Below are positions 38,762-49,026 of a DNA stretch of 49,406 nucleotides, one piece after another. The stretch comes from Chrysochromulina tobinii. Its lineage: Eukaryota. Position 1 is the first letter of the stretch; every line of letters begins with the position of its first letter. The position numbers were made by a program, and so were the translations under genes. Location of the stretch: NCBI GenBank assembly GCA_001275005.1, contig JWZX01003226.1, forward strand, positions 1 through 49,406, given 5' to 3'. Under the pieces are notes generated by a model, which was given only the letters and a program-made list of their open reading frames with translations, did not search any database and had not been told where the DNA came from.

Positions 38762-40609
38762 TCATTGGCCATATGAGGCGTAGTCCGAGTCCGCGCGCGA
38801 GCTGCCGAGGAGGTCTTCGAGTAGCGCCTCGCGCCGGGCGCCGCGCATCTGGCGGGCCACGAGGGCAGAGGCCGCCGCCACGGCGCTCACCACGGCGCCC
38901 GCCGCCAGAAGGGGCACGCCACGTGGCGTCGAAGTTGGAGCCAGCACCGAGGTCGCCTCGCTCGTGGCGGCGGGCTGCGTGGCGGCGAGGCCGAGCGCGA
39001 CGGCGGCGATGGCGGCGGTCGGGGCAACGGCCTCGGGTAGCGCGACGGCGGCGACCGTGGGCGGCGGGCACGCGTTGACTACCTCAGCTGCATGCACGTC
39101 CGACACGTTGCCCGGGAACCAGCCGTTGTAGTAGGCTTGAATGAAGGACCAGCGCGGCTCCATTTCTGTGCGGAAGTTCCAGAAGAACCAGCCGTGGCCG
39201 CTGTTGAACGAGTTGAGCGACTTCATGGTGAGGGTGGTCATGTACTCATTATTCCTATCGCCCCACTCGACGCCCACTGGGCATTGGCCGAATTGCGGGC
39301 CCGAAACGCCCGTGCCATACGGCCCCTGCAGGGGCATCTCGTTCGAGGGCGGCGTACCGGGCTGCTCGTAACCCATGTACGGTGCGGCGCACGGGAACAT
39401 GCGGCAGGAGACCTTGGGATAGCCGGGCAGGTTGTCGTTGAAGCCGTTGAGCCACATCGCACAGTTGTCCGTCGCGAGCGACCACTCGCCCACGATGAGC
39501 GGCATGTCGACCTGTTCCTCCATCTGGCGCACGTTGCCCCTGAAGTTGCATGCATTCTTGTAAAAGGTAGACATGAGGCCCGGGCGGTTCCAAGCTTGAT
39601 AGATGTGCGCGTCCAATACCTTATGCGAGCACCCCTTCATGAAGTCCCACCACGCCGACGGGTACCCGCGGAACGAGTCGTGCATCACGAACATCCATTT
39701 GGGCGCGCCCTCACGCACAATGTGATACCCGTCCCAGTAGAACTTCTTGAGCACCTCGAGAGGGATGGCTTGCCAAGGCTCGTTGAGAGGCTCGAGGCCC
39801 CAAATGGCCGGGTGGTCCTTGAACATGGACACGATCGTCTGGACCACGGCCAGCGTGCTGTTGATGTTCGTATCATTGATCGACGAGTACGACCAGCTCG
39901 ACAGCTCGAACTTTCCCGCCCACTCGGCCGACCGGATAGGCCAATGCTCGAAGGTGGTGATGCCTCCGTCGTCGGCCTGCGAGGTGACCTGCGTCCACTT
40001 CACCGCGAGCGCCTGCCCCGAGTTGTCGAAGCCGTTCTGCGAGCCGCGAACCGCATGGATGTCGAGCAACGCCTTGATCTTGTACTTCGAGCACAGGTCC
40101 AGCACGCGCTTGAGCTCGTCATTGGCACCATCCATGCAGCCGATGTACGGCCCGTAGGGCGCGAACTGCCAATCGCCGACGGGGATGCGCACCATGTTCG
40201 ATCCCGTCTTGGCGATCGACGCAATGTCCTCCTCGCGCACCCACGCCTGCCAGTGCCGGCGCATCTGCTTGTTGCCCTCAACGGGCCCTAGCGCATCGCA
40301 GAACGTGTAGGAGTCCATGCCGGTGTGCTTGGGCGCGTCAGTGCCATATTTCTCGTCGGAAGAAAGAAACTGGTAGAAGAGGCTCGGCGTAATCCACGGC
40401 TCAAGGACGAGCCATCCCCCAAGGTTGGTGCCCATGACCTTCCAGTCCTCGGCTGCCGACTTGTGGTTCTCATCGGGGCAAGTGTAAGGGTTAGGCTCGT
40501 CCTCGAGCCGGCGGCGGTCGAAACCTGGGTCGACCGTCGTGTGACCAGCACGGTTCGTGGTGCCCGGAAACCCGCTCAGAATCGAAGCTACGATGAGCGG
40601 CGCCAGCAT
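38762..40609 (-). CDS. GH5 exo-beta-1,3-glucanase, secreted with a C-terminal membrane anchor
   Basis: GTNLGGWLVLEPWITPSLF, MVRIPVGDW, LLDIHAVRGSQNGFDNSG, acid/base LNEPW, nucleophile IVGEWSLATDNCAMWLNG, GWFFWNFRTE; hydrophobic N-terminus from ATG 40609. Confidence 0.93.
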   Translation of the reverse strand: MLAPLIVASILSGFPGTTNRAGHTTVDPGFDRRRLEDEPNPYTCPDENHKSAAEDWKVMGTNLGGWLVLEPWITPSLFYQFLSSDEKYGTDAPKHTGMDSYTFCDALGPVEGNKQMRRHWQAWVREEDIASIAKTGSNMVRIPVGDWQFAPYGPYIGCMDGANDELKRVLDLCSKYKIKALLDIHAVRGSQNGFDNSGQALAVKWTQVTSQADDGGITTFEHWPIRSAEWAGKFELSSWSYSSINDTNINSTLAVVQTIVSMFKDHPAIWGLEPLNEPWQAIPLEVLKKFYWDGYHIVREGAPKWMFVMHDSFRGYPSAWWDFMKGCSHKVLDAHIYQAWNRPGLMSTFYKNACNFRGNVRQMEEQVDMPLIVGEWSLATDNCAMWLNGFNDNLPGYPKVSCRMFPCAAPYMGYEQPGTPPSNEMPLQGPYGTGVSGPQFGQCPVGVEWGDRNNEYMTTLTMKSLNSFNSGHGWFFWNFRTEMEPRWSFIQAYYNGWFPGNVSDVHAAEVVNACPPPTVAAVALPEAVAPTAAIAAVALGLAATQPAATSEATSVLAPTSTPRGVPLLAAGAVVSAVAAASALVARQMRGARREALLEDLLGSSRADSDYASYGQ

Positions 40610-40839
40610 TCCCCGACTTGTCTTGCTTGTCGCGCGGCGAGAATGAGGCTGCGTGGTGTGATGAAACCTGCCAGAAATGGCGCAAGTTGCAGGCGCAAGT
40701 ATGGAGATACGGAAAAGGACCTGGGGATGCCAACGCGAGATCGGACCATTCTTCTTTTCCAACAGCAGCTACACCCCGCCTGAGCGGGTTTCACACGCGT
40801 CACGCGGCCCCGGTCGCGGCGCGGAGGTGCGGTCCTACT

Positions 40840-40932
40840 ACTCATTCACTCATTCACTCACTCATCACTCACTCACTCAAGAACTCACTCACTCACTCGC
40901 ACTCACTCTCAAACGCACTCACTCACTCACTC
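40840..40932. repeat. Imperfect (ACTC)n microsatellite in the divergent intergenic region
   Basis: Seen directly. Confidence 0.9.
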
Positions 40933-41098
40933 CGCGTACAATCGGGTGTATTCCTACTCTCGTAAGAGTCTCTCGTAATGTGAAGGCTTCGCCACCCCCT
41001 GCCTTTGCAGGTTGTGGCCATGCCTCCCGGCTCCCGTGCTTCTTCTTCTGGGTTGGTTTTATTTGTTGAAAGCGCGTTGTGTTGAGCTTTTACTTATC

Positions 41099-42631
41099 AT
41101 GGCGGGTATCTACCGTTCTATTGACTTCGTCGTCTGCTCAACTGGGCTCACGAGTGAGCAGCGGCGGTCGCTCGACGCGGCTGTGGCCTCACTCGCAGGC
41201 GCCGAGTATGATGGCAACCTCACCGATCGCACGACGCACCTCGTCGCCGTGCGTTCGGCTCCCATGACTGAGAAGCTGCGGGCGGCTCGCAGGCTGGGCC
41301 TGCCCATTGTGTGGCCATCATGGCTGCTCGACGCTGCGGCCACCGGAAGCACCCTTTCTCCACCCGAACCGCATCACGTGCTGCAGCCGCTCTCCGGGGT
41401 CGTCGTGTGCGTGAGTGGCCCCGCCTTCTCCGCTGCCGACCGGCAGGCAGTGCGCCTCGACGTCGAGGCAGTTGGCGGCGCGTACTCGTCGGTGCTCGAT
41501 GCAAGCTGCACGCACATCGTGCTGAGTGGTGCACCGGGGCACAAGTACCAGAGTGCGCTCGCGCAAGACCTGTCCCAGGTGGCTCCGAACGCCGTCTTTG
41601 TGACGAGTGAGTGGCTGACGGAAACTCTGAGGCGAGGCTCCCCACAGGATGAGGCGCAGTTCACGCCTGGGCTCGTGCCGGTGAATGTTGACGAGTTACC
41701 GCCAGTACCCGAACGGCACACCCTCGCGCTGCCATCGTCGACATCGCGCCCGTTGGCCGAGACGACGGCGTCGGTGCTCAACGCGCCGCCCAAGCCACCA
41801 CTGGCGCCCAAACCCCTACCTCCGCCGCGGATGCCCACGCCCTCGCAGCAGGCGTCGGCTCCCGTGTCGATGCCGCCAGCCTGGCTCGAGCCCATCGCGG
41901 AGCCTCTCGAGATCCTCCGGGCTGCCGTCGTAGCGGGCTCTCTCTCTGCGGACGCGCCGCCTCTTTCGACCGGGCTCCCCTCGACCCTTTTCCCCACAGG
42001 CACCCTTTCTGTCGGCAAGGCCTCGTACCGGCTGGACACACTCACGGGGATGCGGCGCCACCGCGCCGTGGCGGCGGCCCTCGACGAGTCATCCACCGCC
42101 CTGCCCGCCCTGATGGGACCGCAATTAGCTGCCGCCGACGCGCCACCGCCGCCGCCGGGCGCGGGGCGCCCGTACTCGCTGCGCGAGCTCGTCTTCGCCG
42201 TGCGCTGCGCGCGCCTCTCGCACGCGGACTACTTTCTTGCGTGCCTGACGGCGAGCATCGACCCTGTCCTCCTGCTCGACAAGAAGCTGCTCTTCGGCGC
42301 CGTCTTTGGCGCTGAGGGCGCGCGTGCTGGGACCGCAGCGGCAACGGTGTCTCCAGATCCAGCGGACCGCCTATCTCAGGGTCCGGTCAGCTCAGCGACG
42401 CTCGCGGCGATGACGGGTGAGTCGGCCGGCCCGATTGCGCCGGGTTCGTCGCGAGCGCCCGTCGCTGTCGAAGGCACCCAGAACAGCGCGCCGGCGCCGG
42501 CGGAGCACATGCGGCTGCACGAGCGCCTGCAGCGGGCGGAGGAGGAGCGCGCCGCTCTGCTCGCCACCGTCTCCATGCTCACGCGCCAGCTGACTGCGCA
42601 ACACGCCCGAGCGGAGGCGGTGGCAGCATGA
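41099..42631 (+). CDS. Tandem BRCT-domain protein with a CDC73 N-terminal-like domain and C-terminal coiled coil
   Basis: BRCT1 VCSTGL...GAEYDGNLTDRTTHLVA...KLRAARRLGLPIVWPSWL; BRCT2 VVVCVSG...GGAYSSVLDASCTHIV...KYQSA...VTSEWL; PYSLRELVFAV...LSHADYFLAC...PVLLLDKKLL. Confidence 0.8.
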   Translation: MAGIYRSIDFVVCSTGLTSEQRRSLDAAVASLAGAEYDGNLTDRTTHLVAVRSAPMTEKLRAARRLGLPIVWPSWLLDAAATGSTLSPPEPHHVLQPLSGVVVCVSGPAFSAADRQAVRLDVEAVGGAYSSVLDASCTHIVLSGAPGHKYQSALAQDLSQVAPNAVFVTSEWLTETLRRGSPQDEAQFTPGLVPVNVDELPPVPERHTLALPSSTSRPLAETTASVLNAPPKPPLAPKPLPPPRMPTPSQQASAPVSMPPAWLEPIAEPLEILRAAVVAGSLSADAPPLSTGLPSTLFPTGTLSVGKASYRLDTLTGMRRHRAVAAALDESSTALPALMGPQLAAADAPPPPPGAGRPYSLRELVFAVRCARLSHADYFLACLTASIDPVLLLDKKLLFGAVFGAEGARAGTAAATVSPDPADRLSQGPVSSATLAAMTGESAGPIAPGSSRAPVAVEGTQNSAPAPAEHMRLHERLQRAEEERAALLATVSMLTRQLTAQHARAEAVAA

Positions 42632-43195
42632 GATCAGCTAGGCACGTCGAGAGATCGCATGGCTCCATGGGGAGGGCTCTGAAGAAGGATTTGCTCTGGC
42701 GAGTAGATCGTCGGCGACGCCGACGATGCGGACCGTCGTCGCAGTTCCAGTCCGTTGGAGAAACAGTCTCCGAGCGGAGCTCCGACCACGTGCCGGCATG
42801 AAGTTGCGTTGTAGAAGTGGTGTGTCGTGTATACACGCGCGGCGGCGCTCGCAGTATTCACACATTACTGGTAGTGGGAGCGTGTGGACGCAAAGCCACC
42901 AAAAGCCACCGCGCACCGGCGCAAACGCGGCCAATATTTATATTACACCATTCACCAATACGAACGCTCTCCGGAACGGAACGCTGTACGCTCTGGTCGT
43001 CCGCGCCGGAATCGGGAATGCGGCCGCGGCAGGCCCGGCCGACCGTGCCAATCCGATCGGCTCTATCGTAGCGGAAGTCACGACCACACGTACGCGCGAC
43101 CGCGAGGTCCGAGGAAGGTAGCCACGGCACGGCGAACACCTCCGGATCACCGGACGTCTCGCGTCTCTCGATCAGACAAGAACGACTCACATCAC

Positions 43196-43207
43196 GCGCA
43201 CGCACGA

Positions 43208-43258
<51 letters not shown>
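43196..43258. repeat. (GCAC)n microsatellite
   Basis: Seen directly. Confidence 0.9.
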
Positions 43259-43410
43259 GCCGCGCCGCAGACACAGTACGGGTAGTACGGCTTTTTAGTG
43301 AACGTCCCGGCTCCCACTCTGCGCCCACACGCCACAGCCCGGCCCGGGTTCACGCAGTGCTGGCGAGACCTGATTTGTGTGTATGCGTGTGAGAGCACCA
43401 CAGTTACACC

Positions 43411-45708
43411 TCAGTACAGGTAGGCGCCTCCAAAGCTGCGACCAAAGTATGCTGGCGAGCTCGTCCATGCTGGCGCGTCGTCCATGCGTGTCGTATGGGC
43501 AAGCGAGGACGACGAGCTCTCGTCCTCATCCTCAGAGCTCGAGGAGCCTTCCTCATCACCGATCGAGCCTCGCACGACGAGCCCGGGGATGGGATAGCGA
43601 AGGGAGAGCAAGCGCCGGTGGCCTGCGCTGGGAAGGATGGCCGCGCGCAGGTCGGGCGCAAGGGCCTCGAGCTGCTGTGGGACCAGGAAGACGAGCAGCA
43701 CTGTCGTCGGCTCAAAGGCGGCGCTGTGCATAAAGTCAGCGAGCAACGCGCAGCTGAGCACGATGCGGCTCGCACACGCGTCGTCGTCCGCAATGCGCGC
43801 TCGTGCGCGAGCGAGCAGTTCGCCGTTGACGTCACATCCGATGGCGGAGCAGCCCGTTTGGCGCACAAGGGTACAGAGCAGCGATGCGTCGCCGCAGCCC
43901 AGGTCGCACACCACGTCCGATGCAGTGATGCCCCCAAGGGCGACAAGACGCGCGGCCTGCGCTGTGCGCGTCGGCACGAAGGGAGCAAACGAATTGCCCT
44001 GGATCCGCGCGCCCAGCTCGGCGGCCCAGTCGGAGGCGCCCTTATTGGCGCGCGCCATCGATGGTGGCATCCACGGGCCATGGTGCGCCGCAGAGGAGGA
44101 GGGTGGCGCCGCGGCCGCCTCGATCCTCATCGGCGGCGCCGAGTGGATCTCGACCTCGGGAGATTGGGGATCGATCCTCATCGGCGCCGCCAAGTGGATC
44201 TCGACCTCGGGAGATTGGGGATCGATCCTCATCGGCGCCGCCAAGTGGATCTCGACCTCGGGAGATTGGGGATGCAGGCGCACAAGCAACTCGCCGCTCC
44301 CCAGCGCCTCTCGAGTCCAAGCCGCATGCCCAAATTTGGCAAAGGCGTCCGCGGCGGCCGCGCAGCTGTCGTCGACGGCGTATGGGGTCTCACGCCTCAC
44401 CTCGATGAAGCCGACGAGGATGTATCGCTTGCCGCGCTCGATGCGCAAGCCACCATGCAGCAGCTGGCCGCTGTGCACGATCGCCGTGCCCTGTGCCGGC
44501 CGCACAGTCCAGCTGCCCTCCGTGGCTGCGACCGGCTCGGCGCCAGCCCCGTCCTCCTCATTGAGTCCCTTGCGCACAAAGTCGAAGAGGGTGCCGCCGC
44601 CTATGAACTCTCTCTCAGGGTCGGAGAGCAGTACGTTGACTGAGAAGAGCGAGGCGTCGGTGTGCATGGCGAGCGCGCGCTGGCCCGCCGGGTCGTCGGC
44701 ATCGTACTGCACGACGAAGGCGTCTCGCATCTCGAGCATCTCGGGCAAAAAGGCCGGCCCACAAAAGGTCGGCGCGAGCGGCCGGATCACTCGGCGGAAG
44801 AGGGCCTCGCATACACGCTGACGGAGGGGCGCGGGCAAGCAGCGCAGCGGAAGGTCCTGGGTGGGGTATTTGCGATGACGCGTGCGGTCCCAGCCACCGC
44901 GCGCGCGCGCCGCGATCGACGCGGCCAGCCGTACCGCCTCACACTCGTCCCGGCTCAGCACGTCGCGCGCCTGCCACACCGCTTCGCCTGAAAGAGGCTC
45001 GAGCTCCAGCTCCAGGCCCCGCGCGGCAGCTTGCTCGCCGTCGCCAAACGCAAGGAAGCGCTCGAGATTGTTCTCACGCAGCCGCTGCTCCGCCGTATGC
45101 TCGATGGCGCGCCGCTCGGCCGCACTCAGGCCTGTCGCACTGTCGGTCGCACGCGCGGTCGCAGCGGCCGGTGCGTCTGGTGGCGACGACCGGGCGACCT
45201 CGCGCCATAGCCGCGCGCGCCGTGACGCGGCACTGAGGCGTATCGAGCACAAGTAGCGGGACTTGACTGCTCGGTCGTCCATAATGCGAGGCGACTGCCC
45301 CCGATGAATCGGCCGCCGCTGGCGCTCGCGCCAGAACATCGCTCGTTCACAGGCATCGGCAGCGCGCAGGTTGCAGACGCGCTTCATCAGCATGGCTGAC
45401 GCGCTCACGATCTTCGGCGCGCCTATCTTCGCATGCAGAACGTCGAAGAACCTCCTTTCGGCCATGCCCCGCCTGATGCGGTGCACACTTATAAACTCCA
45501 AAGGGGAGCAAACGGCCCGTGGCAGCCGCGCATGCCCGATTCCTGAGGCGATCCGCATGTCCACGCCCCGTTGCACCGCATCCTTCCTAGCCGCATCCTG
45601 CTTCGCATCAAGCTGAACCGCGACCGTTTGGCCTTCGAGTGTCGAGAAGAATACCACATCGACGCCGAGCGTGCGCAGCTCTGCAGCCGTTGCTTCGATC
45701 GCTGGCAT
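43411..45708 (-). CDS. Fusion of a PLOD/P4H-like Fe(II)/2OG oxygenase and a class I SAM-dependent methyltransferase
   Basis: RHRKYPTQDL, DAFVVQYDA, LAMHTDASLFSVNVLL, FIGGGTLF, HSGQLLHGGLRIERGKRYILVGF; then APFVPT, DVVCDLGCGDASLL, IGCDVN. N-terminal extent is uncertain. Confidence 0.78.
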   Translation of the reverse strand: MPAIEATAAELRTLGVDVVFFSTLEGQTVAVQLDAKQDAARKDAVQRGVDMRIASGIGHARLPRAVCSPLEFISVHRIRRGMAERRFFDVLHAKIGAPKIVSASAMLMKRVCNLRAADACERAMFWRERQRRPIHRGQSPRIMDDRAVKSRYLCSIRLSAASRRARLWREVARSSPPDAPAAATARATDSATGLSAAERRAIEHTAEQRLRENNLERFLAFGDGEQAAARGLELELEPLSGEAVWQARDVLSRDECEAVRLAASIAARARGGWDRTRHRKYPTQDLPLRCLPAPLRQRVCEALFRRVIRPLAPTFCGPAFLPEMLEMRDAFVVQYDADDPAGQRALAMHTDASLFSVNVLLSDPEREFIGGGTLFDFVRKGLNEEDGAGAEPVAATEGSWTVRPAQGTAIVHSGQLLHGGLRIERGKRYILVGFIEVRRETPYAVDDSCAAAADAFAKFGHAAWTREALGSGELLVRLHPQSPEVEIHLAAPMRIDPQSPEVEIHLAAPMRIDPQSPEVEIHSAPPMRIEAAAAPPSSSAAHHGPWMPPSMARANKGASDWAAELGARIQGNSFAPFVPTRTAQAARLVALGGITASDVVCDLGCGDASLLCTLVRQTGCSAIGCDVNGELLARARARIADDDACASRIVLSCALLADFMHSAAFEPTTVLLVFLVPQQLEALAPDLRAAILPSAGHRRLLSLRYPIPGLVVRGSIGDEEGSSSSEDEDESSSSSLAHTTRMDDAPAWTSSPAYFGRSFGGAYLY
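44122..44272 (-). repeat. 3 x 51-nt coding tandem repeat (IDPQSPEVEIHLAAPMR) in the interdomain linker
   Basis: Seen directly. Confidence 0.9.
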
Positions 45709-45759
45709 CCTTCACCGCTGATGACCACTCCGCGGGACGCGCCGCGACGTGAGCAGGAA

Positions 45760-45793
45760 CAAGTCAATCAAGTCAAGTCAAGTCAAGTCAAGT
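45760..45793. repeat. (AAGTC)n pentanucleotide repeat in a short divergent intergenic region
   Basis: aagtcaatcaagtcaagtcaagtcaagtcaagt. Confidence 0.85.
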
Positions 45794-45966
45794 GTGAACG
45801 TCAGCGGTCAATCTGTTAACGATAACGGGGGATTTCGAACACCGAGCCTCGAGGACTCACTCCGAACCCTTCGAGCCACACTAGTACGCATCGTTTCTCT
45901 GCCTGATTGCTGGTCCAATCATCTTCGGTACACTCCTGCCCCGCGTGCGTGGCTGCCGAGAGGTCA

Positions 45967-47661
45967 ATGCCGAGTGGTTCACTGCCGTCGAACCCGAAGC
46001 GCGCGAGAGTCGAAGCGGAGCCACCGGCGATCGCGCCATCGGCGGCCAAGGAGCGGTGTGGAACGAGCCGCGTTTCCGGAAAGCAAGGCGTATTATCCTC
46101 ACTTCCGCCGGGGTTTCGCCTCAAAAGGTCAGACGACGATGAGGAGGAGCAGCAGCATGCAGAGCCCGATGAAACGGATTATGAGGCGCTCGAGATCCTC
46201 GACAAGCGCAACAGGAAGGGCATCCAGTACCTCGTGAAGTGGGCTGACGGCCCAAACGGAGAGAAATATGAGCCAAGCTGGGAGCCCAAGGCGAATGTGG
46301 GCCTGCCGCTGATCACTGAGTACGAGAATGAGGTCATGCGTCGCCAACGGGGCCGACCACGCGGGAGTACGACAGCGGGCAAGCATCGACGACAGCGTTC
46401 ACGGAACGTGAGCAGCAGCGAGGATGACGAGGACGAGGACGACGAGGACGAAGACGAGGACGAGGATGAGGGCGAGCCTTCCGCACCAGGGCCTGCAAGG
46501 GCGCGGCCCATGCGGCGGGCGGCAGCAGCGGCGCTTGAAAAGGTGGACCAAACGCGCGCAAGTTTGAAGGCGGCGGGCGCTCAGTACGTGGCCGAAAAGG
46601 AGTCGCGGCCTGAGTGGAACAGCAAGACCTATCAGGAGCAGCTCCAACGTGTGATGCTGCAGGGCGAGTATGCAAACAGGTTCATTCGTGTCGGCGAGGC
46701 GTATCAGGCAGTGATTCCCGCGCTTTTGCCGCGTGGTGCCGAAGCGGTAGAGGGAGGCGAGGGCGCGAGCGCCGTGTCGAGCGCCGAACGCTCCGACGAG
46801 CTCACTGTGCCCGACTTCACCCCGCTCACGGCGCCACCGCGCATGCCACCCATCCAGACGCTGAAGGAGGTACGGGAGGCCGAGGCGGCGGCGGCGGCAG
46901 CGGCGGCAGCGGCGGCGGCAGCGGCGGCGGCGGCAGCAGGTGAGGCCGAGGCCGTAGAAGAGAACGCTCCGGACTTTGACGAGGACGGCGAGCCGCTGCT
47001 GCCGCCCGGCGTGGCGCTCAACGATTTCGTACTTGCGAGTGGCCCCCATCCCGGTGGGGGGCGGGCGCAGTTCAAGGCTGTACTGCTCACGAAGCGCCGT
47101 GTAAGTCCTCACCTGCTCGTTCGCTACGTAGGCGACCAGTACGGGCGCCGGGATCCGCTGACGCTGCCGGACAATGCCAAGGCGTACCTGACGTGCCGGG
47201 AGGTGAGCCCATGGATCGAGCCCAAGGAACGCCCAAAGCCCGAAGGACCTTCGGGTGCCGAGGGCGCCGATGAGGGCCGAAGTCGCCTCCGCACGCGTCC
47301 TCCGCCCAAGAGCGGCCCGGACGTCCTCCTGGAGACTGGAGGCATGCCGCTGCACCTCGACCCGCGCCGCATCACCGATGGTTACACGGGCACCGGGTAC
47401 CTCGGGGTGGCTGAGGACTGGTGGCACTGCGGCTTCAAGAAGCTGCGCCCATTCGTCGTGAGCTTTGATGGCGCGTACGCGGGTCGCTTTGCAACGGTCG
47501 AGCAGGCAGCGGTGCAGTATGCGCGCCTGGAGGCGGGCATGCCGCCGCTCGTATGGTCCTCCAGGAATCCAGACGCGGCGCTCGTCGTCGCGCAGGTGGC
47601 GCTCGAGGAGGAGCGCGAGCACGGCGATGACGAGGAGCAGGTCAAGGAGCAGGTCGAGTAA
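45967..47661 (+). CDS. Chromodomain protein with AT-hook, acidic tract, ELM2-like motif and C-terminal AP2-like domain
   Basis: YEALEILDKR...QYLVKW...SWEPKANV (chromo); RGRPRG (AT-hook); IRVGEAYQAVIPAL (ELM2); TGYLGV...YAGRFATVEQAAVQYAR (AP2-like). Confidence 0.78.
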   Translation: MPSGSLPSNPKRARVEAEPPAIAPSAAKERCGTSRVSGKQGVLSSLPPGFRLKRSDDDEEEQQHAEPDETDYEALEILDKRNRKGIQYLVKWADGPNGEKYEPSWEPKANVGLPLITEYENEVMRRQRGRPRGSTTAGKHRRQRSRNVSSSEDDEDEDDEDEDEDEDEGEPSAPGPARARPMRRAAAAALEKVDQTRASLKAAGAQYVAEKESRPEWNSKTYQEQLQRVMLQGEYANRFIRVGEAYQAVIPALLPRGAEAVEGGEGASAVSSAERSDELTVPDFTPLTAPPRMPPIQTLKEVREAEAAAAAAAAAAAAAAAAAAGEAEAVEENAPDFDEDGEPLLPPGVALNDFVLASGPHPGGGRAQFKAVLLTKRRVSPHLLVRYVGDQYGRRDPLTLPDNAKAYLTCREVSPWIEPKERPKPEGPSGAEGADEGRSRLRTRPPPKSGPDVLLETGGMPLHLDPRRITDGYTGTGYLGVAEDWWHCGFKKLRPFVVSFDGAYAGRFATVEQAAVQYARLEAGMPPLVWSSRNPDAALVVAQVALEEEREHGDDEEQVKEQVE

Positions 47662-48192
47662 CCGAACGGCAGGGGTCAGGGCCGGACCTGTGGGTGTGGG
47701 GCTGTGGGCAACTGGGCATGTATCGGATACCTCACGCACGAGGGTTCAAAAGATAGGTGGTGGGCGGATAGGTGAAAGGTGTGAAATTGTGAACCCGATC
47801 CAGAAAGATATATACCTCCGCCGTCCTACCCGCCACTTTTGGTCAATCACTGAGTTCAAAATCAGGTGGTGGGGATAGTGTGACTGTGTCTGTCGTCTGT
47901 GTGAATCCAGAAAGAATACCGTCCCCCTGTACCCCTTTGGATCAAACGATGCACGGTGCAGGCGTCTGTTAAGACTGTCCCATCTGATTTCACAACTCCG
48001 AACCCGCGAGGCTCACACATTCACACTGTGGAGTCTGTGAAGTCCTGTTTTGGGAGACGCGGGTGTGCTCTGTGTGGAAACCGACGCGCTGCACCACCCA
48101 CAGGGAGGGGCGGAGCTCGACGTCGCGACGTGCAGCGACCTCGCTCGATCAGCAACAAAATTGTGCGTCCATACCGCACTTAAGCACCTATT

Positions 48193-49026
48193 ATGAAGCG
48201 CGCCTATGGCTCTGACGAATACTGGATAGAGCGCTACGCGAAGCGTCAAGCCACGGACGATGAGACGAGCGAGTGGTTAATCGCGGCCGCGCAGCTCGGT
48301 CCGCTGCTCTCCAAGATGCTTCCGTGCGACGCAGCGGTCCTCGATGTTGGCTGTGGCAACTCGCCCCTTGTATTTGACTTGCTGCGCGACTCGATCCATG
48401 GCGAAAACGCCCGCGCCTTGGCGGTCGACATTGCGCCTGGTGCAATCCAAGCATTGACCGATGAGCAGCGCGCACGCATCCGCCGCGGGGAAGCGAGTGC
48501 GCGCCGAGCTGCGTTGCTTTGCGCGGATCTGACCCAGCCGCCAGCTGGGTGGCTCGACGAGAACCGCAGCGCATACGACGCGAGCATCGACAAGTCGACA
48601 ACCGATGGGATGCTGTGCGACACGCGGCGAGGCGCTCAACGCGTGCGTGCACTCTACGGGGTCGTCGGCGCCGTGCTTCGTCCGGCGGCGAAGGCTGTCA
48701 TCGTGTCGTGGCGGGCGCCAGAGGACGGGCTCGCCTGGTTGCTCGACGTGGTCCTTGATGGATTGCGCTCGGCAGAGACGCCGCATAGTGAGGTGTTCAG
48801 CTGGAGCCTGGACATTCATTCGATTTGCGTGGATGACGAGGAGGCCAGCGCTGATGCGCAAGCAAATGCGCCACCGCCACCGCACGTCTACCTTCTGAGC
48901 AGGCGGCCACGGCGCGTCTCGCGGCGGATTGCGGCCACGAGGAATGTGCCGACTGCAGCGGCTGCTGATGATACCCCTGATGAGCAGCCGACGCTTACTG
49001 TACGCCAGCATTGGCACACGGCCTGA
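48193..49026 (+). CDS. METTL13/EEF1AKMT4-like class I SAM methyltransferase
   Basis: YGSDEYWIERY, EWL, VLDVGCGNS, AVDIA, YDASIDKSTTDGMLC. Confidence 0.85.
   Translation: MKRAYGSDEYWIERYAKRQATDDETSEWLIAAAQLGPLLSKMLPCDAAVLDVGCGNSPLVFDLLRDSIHGENARALAVDIAPGAIQALTDEQRARIRRGEASARRAALLCADLTQPPAGWLDENRSAYDASIDKSTTDGMLCDTRRGAQRVRALYGVVGAVLRPAAKAVIVSWRAPEDGLAWLLDVVLDGLRSAETPHSEVFSWSLDIHSICVDDEEASADAQANAPPPPHVYLLSRRPRRVSRRIAATRNVPTAAAADDTPDEQPTLTVRQHWHTA

Noticed and set aside
42640..43190. Small ORFs 42726-43121 (+) and 42938-43150 (-)
   Set aside because: No motif, start context or splice evidence is sufficient to call a gene.
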